The notes beneath the pieces were generated by a model that was given only the letters and a program-made list of their open reading frames with translations, did not search any database and had not been told where the DNA came from. This document shows, piece after piece, positions 58,186-64,000 of a DNA stretch of 64,000 nt (positions are counted from its first letter, which is position 1; the number at the start of each line of letters is the position of its first letter). Source of the stretch: Candidatus Bathyarchaeia archaeon (lineage in GTDB: Archaea; Thermoproteota; Bathyarchaeia; Bathyarchaeales; Bathycorpusculaceae). A program made the translations under genes and the position numbers. The DNA is taken from positions 1,184,001 through 1,248,000 of the forward strand of contig JBEKKK010000001.1 of NCBI GenBank assembly GCA_050010755.1, read 5' to 3'.

Positions 58186-58204
58186 ACAGAAATCTTAAAT
58201 CTGC
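58186..58204 (+). repeat. 19-bp direct repeat, copy 1
   Basis: acagaaatcttaaatctgc, identical at 61740-61758. Confidence 0.75.
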
Positions 58205-58269
58205 ACAGCTTTCAATCTTTGGCAGTTTGACTTCTGCTTTGTTGATAAAAAAAAGAAAACGGAAGAGAC

Positions 58270-58911
58270 TCAATCGTTTCTAAGATATACATAGAAGTCG
58301 AAAGTTGCCCAAACGGGTGTTGTGGTGGTGCTAAATAGGTCAAAAATGAGCGTGCAGTATGGAGCTTTTGTTTCATACATAGTTGCTATCTGTGGGTCGT
58401 ACCCAGTACTCGTTCCTGATTGATATATTGTGCCATTATTGTTATTACCGAGCAATTCGTGGCAGTAAGGAGTGGGAAGAGAATATGTTGCTTTCCAGTA
58501 CAAACCAGCTAGTGCAATAGTGGCGTTATAGTTTCCGATGCTCGCATTTTGAGGGGAAAAAATAATCTCCATACTACTATATCCCGAACAATTCACTTCA
58601 CTATTCCAACTACCAGAATAACCACCCCCACCTACTGGAGCAAATGTAAAATTCAATATGCCATAATCTTCGCAACTGTATTGGTCTCCCCAGTTTGTCA
58701 CGTTTACATTCTCCGTTGGGTCTCCTGTTCCGCCAAATGCCCTTGCTTCGAGTGCTATGTCTTTCATGTCTATCTTTCCATCGTGATTGAGGTCATAGAA
58801 AGGATTGTAATTGCTTGAAGTCTGGCTTTGTGTGGGTTTCACCAAGAACAGCATTGCTGTCAAACAGAAAGTAATCAGAACAGCGATAATCAAATCTCTA
58901 TTTTTTACCAT
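58270..58911 (-). CDS. Secreted protein with a single dockerin/EF-hand half-repeat near the N-terminus
   Basis: Signal/TM segment then YNPFYDLNHDGKIDMKDIALEARAFG. Confidence 0.75.
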   Translation of the reverse strand: MVKNRDLIIAVLITFCLTAMLFLVKPTQSQTSSNYNPFYDLNHDGKIDMKDIALEARAFGGTGDPTENVNVTNWGDQYSCEDYGILNFTFAPVGGGGYSGSWNSEVNCSGYSSMEIIFSPQNASIGNYNATIALAGLYWKATYSLPTPYCHELLGNNNNGTIYQSGTSTGYDPQIATMYETKAPYCTLIFDLFSTTTTPVWATFDFYVYLRND

Positions 58912-59092
58912 TATATCACCTCCCCCTTTCTCCTCTAGGATACACTGTTTGTTAGTCTCTTCTGACTAAAGACTTTGTGGAAAACTGTTCTATAAGCAAT
59001 ACGATGATGAAAAATTCTCCGGACTAAGCATTGCCCTATGGAAGACTGTTAAGTTTTATAAGGCGATTTAACCATTTCCACTAACTGGGGGG

Positions 59093-59608
59093 TTGACTTT
59101 GGATAGATTTTGTCCCAGATGTGGCAAAGCAATTCATGATGATGCTGCGGTTTTCTGTCCTTACTGTTCTGCGAGCTTGATACCTGTGTCGCCACCCGTG
59201 GTAGCTGTGAAAAGGTCTGGTTTCCCTATAACTTCGGGTATCTTGACAATCATTGCGGCTTGCATAACCATCATCATTGGCATAATCGGAATTCTAGTGT
59301 TTGCGGTTGATTTTAACAATTATTACTACTATGGTCCACTTTATCAATGGGTTATCATTGGAATCTTCGGTATTCTCGGTTTTGCATTTGGATTGACGGG
59401 AGGAATATACTCGTTGAAAAGAAAACACTTTGCAATTTCAGTAGTCGGGACGAGCTTTGTACTCCTCTCTGGATTTGTCACGATGATATCTTTGGGAACA
59501 GACCAATATGGAGATTGGGGGGTTGGTTTGGTGTTTGGATTGCCCGTGATTCTTCTTTCAATTTTGGGCATCATTTTTCTAGGAGTATCCAGAGGAGAGT
59601 TTGCTTAA
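59093..59608 (+). CDS. Zinc-ribbon plus multi-TM membrane protein
   Basis: FCPRCG...FCPYC then 4 hydrophobic helices. Confidence 0.75.
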   Translation: MTLDRFCPRCGKAIHDDAAVFCPYCSASLIPVSPPVVAVKRSGFPITSGILTIIAACITIIIGIIGILVFAVDFNNYYYYGPLYQWVIIGIFGILGFAFGLTGGIYSLKRKHFAISVVGTSFVLLSGFVTMISLGTDQYGDWGVGLVFGLPVILLSILGIIFLGVSRGEFA

Positions 59609-59619
59609 CAAGGGCTTAG

Positions 59620-59796
59620 TCAATTTTGAAGTTTTTCGCCACACATTGGGCATTTGGCAGGATAGTTTCCTTTCATCTCCATCTTCACTTCACAGAGGAA
59701 GCAGATGCAAATATTACATTTTGGACAGTGACCATATCCTCCTCCAATACGTTTGCCACACATGTCACATAGTCTTGTCATGCAACAATCAACCAT
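59620..59796 (-). CDS. Small C4C4 RING-like zinc finger protein (58 aa)
   Basis: CDMC-x10-CPKC-x4-CFLC-x13-CPMC; GGGTGA SD. Confidence 0.65.
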   Translation of the reverse strand: MVDCCMTRLCDMCGKRIGGGYGHCPKCNICICFLCEVKMEMKGNYPAKCPMCGEKLQN

Positions 59797-60084
59797 CAGA
59801 TTCACCCTTCCCAAAAGGGGCTAGGGATGTTTTAAGGTTAAAAGGAATTTGTCAACACGACACCTTTGAGAAGTGGAGAGAGTCTAAGGTTAAAGTAAAT
59901 CTTGTTCGTTGTCTTTCGTGCGTCCAACTAGCCTCCAACACTATGTCGAAAGTGCAGAACAAAAAAAGGCTCAACTTGGCTCTCTTTTGTTTTCTTATAG
60001 TCACGATTTCAATTGAGGATTCCTTCCAAAAATCATAAGTATTGATTCAATCAACCTATGAATTATGCGTGGAAGGGACATAGG

Positions 60085-61752
60085 ATGCGTAGAGTTGTTT
60101 TAGTTTCGCTCACAGTTCTTTGTTTGCTTTTCGTATCGTCAATAGCGGGATTGGTTCAGGTAGTTAGGGCTGATATTGGAACCATCTACATTAACGCTGA
60201 TGGAAGCATAAGCCCATCAACTGCTCCCATCTATACCACAGATAGTATCAATTACACTCTAACTGGCAACATTACCACTGATGTTGACGGAATTATGATT
60301 GAGAGGGACAACATCGTTTTTGATGGCGCAGGCTTCACCATCAGTTCTTTTGGGGTCTACCTTGACCAAGTGACTGGCGTGACAATCAAGAACATAAACA
60401 TAATCGGCTATGATTATGGCATCCACCTCCTGTCCTGCTCCAACACTAACATTATTGATAGCAACGTCTCCTCACACGTCCAAACACCTCAAAACCCAGG
60501 AGATGGAATCTACCTTGAAAACAGTTCCAACAATAACGTTGCTGGCAACAACGTTGGACCAAACATGGCAACTGGGATATATGTAGATTCGTCCTCTAAT
60601 AATGATAGCATCATCAACAATAGCCTCGGAAACAACTATGATGACATTTGGCTCAACACCTCCTCTGGAAACATGGTCAGTGGCAACTACGTATGGGGAG
60701 GTGAGAGATTTGGCGTCAAGCTCGCAGATTCATGCAACCACAACGCCATAACGGACAATACCGTGCTTTACAACAATGATGAAGACATAAGCCTAGACAG
60801 TTCGAATTATAACATGTTGTCTGGTAACAACGTAACAGGAGGTAGTGTAGGCATCCATTTAGACAGTTGTATCAGTGACACCCTGCTTAACGACAGAATA
60901 ACAGACACGGCTTATGGTGTCCTCCTTGGGAGTTCCTCCTACAACGCCTTGATTGACAACAACATCACATATTCCAGCGTTAGCGCGATACATCTCGCCC
61001 TTTCCTCCAACAACACGTTGCAAGACAATGACTTGGCAGATAACACCAATGGCATTTATCTAAATCCTTCTTACAACAACACTTTCTGTGGTGGCGAAGT
61101 TTCGAACAACGAGTACGGCGTCCGACTTACGTATGACTCTTCTGGCAACGCATTTTATCGCATGAACTTTGTTAATAATACAATCCAAGCTATTTGCGGC
61201 CAAAATGCAAATGTGTGGGATGATGGTAGGGAAGGTAACTACTGGAGTGATTATAATGGAACTGACAACAATCAGGACGGAATAGGAGATACACCGTACG
61301 TCATTGATGAAACCAACGCAGACCATTATCCTTTGATGGGGGCGTTCTCAGACTTCAACGTTGCACAGGGTGCTGATGTTCAGGTTGTAAGCAATTCAAC
61401 GGTTTCTGATTTCCAGTTCAACAGCACAGCTTTATTGTTCGATGTTACTGGCGAGAATGGCACGACGGGCTTTTGCAGAATAAGCTTTCCAACAGCATTA
61501 ATCAACGGAAACCTAACAGTCTTCGTCAACGGAACAGAAGTACCCTACAATCTTCTGCCAGAGTCTAATAGTACTGAAAGCTATCTCTACTTCACTTACA
61601 GCCACTCAACAAAACAGGTCACAATTATCCCAGAGTTTCCAACATTCATCCTCTTTCCCTTATTTATTATAGCTACGCTAATAGCAATAGTATTTTGCAG
61701 AAAGCCATGTCTTACAAAAGGCTCTAGTCAAGCTGAAACACAGAAATCTTAA
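60085..61752 (+). CDS. Secreted NosD/beta-helix protein with PEF-CTERM-like sorting signal
   Basis: Signal peptide, beta-helix repeats, GNYWSDY, C-terminal IIPEFP + TM + RK. Confidence 0.85.
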   Translation: MRRVVLVSLTVLCLLFVSSIAGLVQVVRADIGTIYINADGSISPSTAPIYTTDSINYTLTGNITTDVDGIMIERDNIVFDGAGFTISSFGVYLDQVTGVTIKNINIIGYDYGIHLLSCSNTNIIDSNVSSHVQTPQNPGDGIYLENSSNNNVAGNNVGPNMATGIYVDSSSNNDSIINNSLGNNYDDIWLNTSSGNMVSGNYVWGGERFGVKLADSCNHNAITDNTVLYNNDEDISLDSSNYNMLSGNNVTGGSVGIHLDSCISDTLLNDRITDTAYGVLLGSSSYNALIDNNITYSSVSAIHLALSSNNTLQDNDLADNTNGIYLNPSYNNTFCGGEVSNNEYGVRLTYDSSGNAFYRMNFVNNTIQAICGQNANVWDDGREGNYWSDYNGTDNNQDGIGDTPYVIDETNADHYPLMGAFSDFNVAQGADVQVVSNSTVSDFQFNSTALLFDVTGENGTTGFCRISFPTALINGNLTVFVNGTEVPYNLLPESNSTESYLYFTYSHSTKQVTIIPEFPTFILFPLFIIATLIAIVFCRKPCLTKGSSQAETQKS

Positions 61753-61758
61753 ATCTGC
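61740..61758 (+). repeat. 19-bp direct repeat, copy 2
   Basis: acagaaatcttaaatctgc, contains the stop codon of the upstream gene. Confidence 0.75.
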
Positions 61759-61765
61759 GCGCGCT

Positions 61766-61855
61766 AATCCCAACGCAGACATCAACAACGAGGGCGCAGT
61801 TAACATGAGAGACGTCGCACTCGCGGCCAGACACTTCGGACAACACTACCCATAA
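61766..61855 (+). pseudogene. Orphan dockerin second half (30 codons including stop)
   Basis: NPNADINNEGAVNMRDVALAARHFGQHYP*; homologous to 58080-58169; flanked by CGCGCGCT on both sides. Confidence 0.8.
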
Positions 61856-62061
61856 CGCGCGCTGGAAGATTTCTTCACAAACCTCTTAAATGAAAAAGTG
61901 TTGATTTGAAGTTTGGAGAGAGGCGCGCGCGCCATACTTATCAGTTTCCTCTTGACAAGCAGTTTAATGCACGTGCGAGCCCTCGTTCATCTTTTTGGGT
62001 TCTGTTAACTTGTCGGGTCTTAAAGAAGTCTGTTAACTCGCGGGGCTTTTTTGGTATTTTC

Positions 62062-62598
62062 TTATTTCAATGGAGGCAACCTGTCCGATGTCGGGTGTTC
62101 TGCTATGAGTTGGTTTATCTTGCCCAGCCAAGCTTGTCGGTCTTTTAAACCCACTAACCAAAGATCGAAGTTTATTGTTTTCCCCTCTTTTTTCGGTACT
62201 TCAAATCTTATCTCTAAGTGTTTCGCTGCTAACCCTTTCTCTTGGACTGATTTGGCGTATTCTAAAGGTATTGCTAAAACCACATTTTTCTTTTTCCTCA
62301 AACCCTTTCTGTACGACAGAATCAGGTTTTTGTTAGTGAGCGTCAGAGGTTTAGTGGCAACCAATTTTTGGGTTATGTCCGCCATGTTTCCACATTCAGC
62401 TTCTTTGCCATCTTGAGTATACTTTGCAACCTGCAATGACCTCGTGTCCTTTACCAAAAAATGATGTTGCAAATAATCTCCCAAAGGGACTAAACTTAAG
62501 GCAAACGATTTTCCAATGTTTCTCTCAGGTTGAAGAATAACCCCCGCGTTGTCAGCTTTTATTATCGTTCTTTCTTGCGATGAGAACAGATCATCCAT
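62062..62598 (-). CDS. Hypothetical protein, possible PH-like fold
   Basis: L.LTNKNLI, IPL....V, terminal AW...I helix pattern. Confidence 0.55.
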   Translation of the reverse strand: MDDLFSSQERTIIKADNAGVILQPERNIGKSFALSLVPLGDYLQHHFLVKDTRSLQVAKYTQDGKEAECGNMADITQKLVATKPLTLTNKNLILSYRKGLRKKKNVVLAIPLEYAKSVQEKGLAAKHLEIRFEVPKKEGKTINFDLWLVGLKDRQAWLGKINQLIAEHPTSDRLPPLK

Positions 62599-62684
62599 AA
62601 TAGAAAATGTATGATCGAATTTAAAATCCTTTGGATGGCAAGTTCTGATAGTTCCTAGATTCTCAGGAAAGTTCCTATCCTGCT

Positions 62685-63860
62685 TTAAGAACTCGTTTCA
62701 AACCTTCGATGCTGACTTGCCTTTTTGATTAAGGATATCCATTCTGCCTTGTCAGTTTGAACATTTGCTTTTTGTGCAGGGGTCTTTCCGTTCAGTGCCA
62801 TGTGTAGTCTTATAAAATTGTAATAGATTCTCAGACCATCCATCATTGTCTGTGCCGTTTCCATATCGTCAAGCCCTCTCATAACCTTGTTTCTCTGCCT
62901 AGTCGTTCCGTGCAACCTTTCAACCATATTGTTGTTCGAACGGTCTCTAATGTTTGGAATCCTAACGTGCCGTGTCCTCGGCCCCTTCTGAGTGAAGAAC
63001 TCTTTCGGTATTGCGTCTTGATAGGCTCTTAACCCGTCTGTCACTATTGCCATTGGTCTTGTCTTTGAAAGGCTAGAAGCTTGAGCCAACACTTTCCTAG
63101 CATCTGCAATTTCCCTCTTCTCCGTTATCTGACTCGCCAGCCAAAAACGACTTTCATTGTCAATAACATTCCATGCCCATCTCAAGCTTTCGTGATTGTC
63201 CAAGTCTTTAATGTTCAAGGCCATTTCGTCACTGTGCCAGACTCCGCTAACTCGTGGCACTAGCTGATCGCAGTATTTTTTCATCATTGAAACGTACTTT
63301 CTTATCCACTTTTAAATAGCAACATGGCTAACTTCTACTCCGTAGAACTGTTTTATGTGGTCAACGATTGCTCTCATGCTGATACCTTTGAAATAGAGGT
63401 CAAGCGCAATGGTCACGGTTTCAGGTGTGGCCTTCATCCTCTCGAATCCTTCGTCAACAATGAATTTTCTCTTACAATCGTTGCAGAAGAACCGTTGAAC
63501 CTTTCCGTTCTGAGTAGTTCTGTATCCTCTCTTCACAATGTTCTCGGAGCCACAGAATTTACAAACCGACTCTGGTGATTCTATTTCTTTGCATAGGTTC
63601 TCACCCTCTTCCTCAGAAGGAGATACAGCTTGCTCATTTAACCTAATCTGTTCAACCGCATGAATATGCTTGCAAGCTACATGGTTGAAAACAAAATTGG
63701 GGCACTCGCATTTCCATTCAAGCCCCTCTCTTACAACAATGTAGTGTTTTCCTTCTTCGGTCTGTGACCATACTCGATAGGTTGAATCGCTTATCTTGTC
63801 AACCTTGCCGTGGGCTAGAAGAGAGTACGCACGGAGTTTGTGTGTGTTTGAGGTTCTCAT
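62685..63860 (-). pseudogene. SWIM + Zn-ribbon + DDE (IS6/IS240-like) transposase/integrase with an internal TAA
   Basis: CECP...CKH SWIM, CKFCGS..I.K.G...QR..C..C, WHSDE, IVTDG, NN.VER, YYNF.R.H..L...TPA; in-frame TAA at 63312-63314. Confidence 0.85.
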
Positions 63861-63863
63861 TGG

Positions 63864-63976
63864 TCTACACCTCGGTATATACCAATATACACACTAGTAT
63901 ATAAAAATATCTACACCAATGTATATACTTAGATACAAACCTTAAATATAAGTTAGGTCGATACCATTGTATATGC
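63864..63976. repeat. Three imperfect 19-bp direct repeats in the transposase promoter region
   Basis: tctacacc-tcg-gtatatac (63864), tctacacc-aat-gtatatac (63910), tcgatacc-att-gtatatgc (63958). Confidence 0.65.
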
Positions 63977-64000
63977 GCTGGTATGAACTATGGTATTGCA

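Larger units (their letters stand above)
55938..64000. mobile_element. Genomic island/decayed integrated element at tRNA-Ala (right end outside window)
   Basis: Starts at the tRNA 3' end; intN stub, RHH pseudogene, AT-richer surface-protein cargo, broken transposase. Confidence 0.6.

Noticed and set aside
58080-61855. DGR template/variable repeat pair (dockerin end versus orphan dockerin)
   Set aside because: Mismatches involve all four bases, many at synonymous positions, and are not adenine-specific; no reverse transcriptase in the window.
46234-63314. Pyrrolysine/selenocysteine readthrough at the in-frame stops of the integrase (TAG) and transposase (TAA)
   Set aside because: TAA is not recoded; the integrase also has a frameshift and truncation, indicating decay.
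1-64000. CRISPR array or cas genes
   Set aside because: No regularly spaced 24-47 bp identical repeats with unique spacers; no cas motifs. XPB and DUF790 are repair proteins.

Overview
Archaeal chromosome window, most consistent with Bathyarchaeia (TACK). This is an inference from the Cren7-like protein, DUF1512, SMC-ScpAB, H4MPT enzymes, dockerin/NosD surface proteins and frequent TTG/GTG starts. Layout: (1) 1-26.6 kb is a mixed housekeeping/accessory region: NAD(P)-type Mtd, Ftr, XPB-Bax1, aRF1, PolX, a frameshifted aminotransferase, an unannotated Cren7-like smORF, and an ABC-2 exporter/PadR locus whose divergent promoter is duplicated with reciprocal pseudogene stubs. (2) 27.6-40.8 kb is the conserved rps13-rps4-rps11-rpoD...eno-rps2-MEMO-mvk-ipk-fni-GGPPS-gltX-srp19 superoperon plus rps8e. 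(3) 40.8-46.6 kb is a small island with a 1498-aa dockerin surface protein and a decayed tyrosine recombinase. (4) scpB-scpA-smc and housekeeping genes follow. (5) tRNA-Ala(TGC) at 55864 borders a decayed integrated element (SSV-type intN stub, RHH pseudogene) carrying NosD/dockerin/PEF-CTERM surface genes, a C4C4 RING-like protein and a broken SWIM-DDE transposase. Best leads: a recurrent CGCGCGCT motif at accessory gene junctions that exactly brackets an orphan dockerin module, apparent anchor swapping among surface proteins, and structured-RNA candidates at 6.5-6.9 kb. All calls are by-eye motif recognition; no database searches were run.
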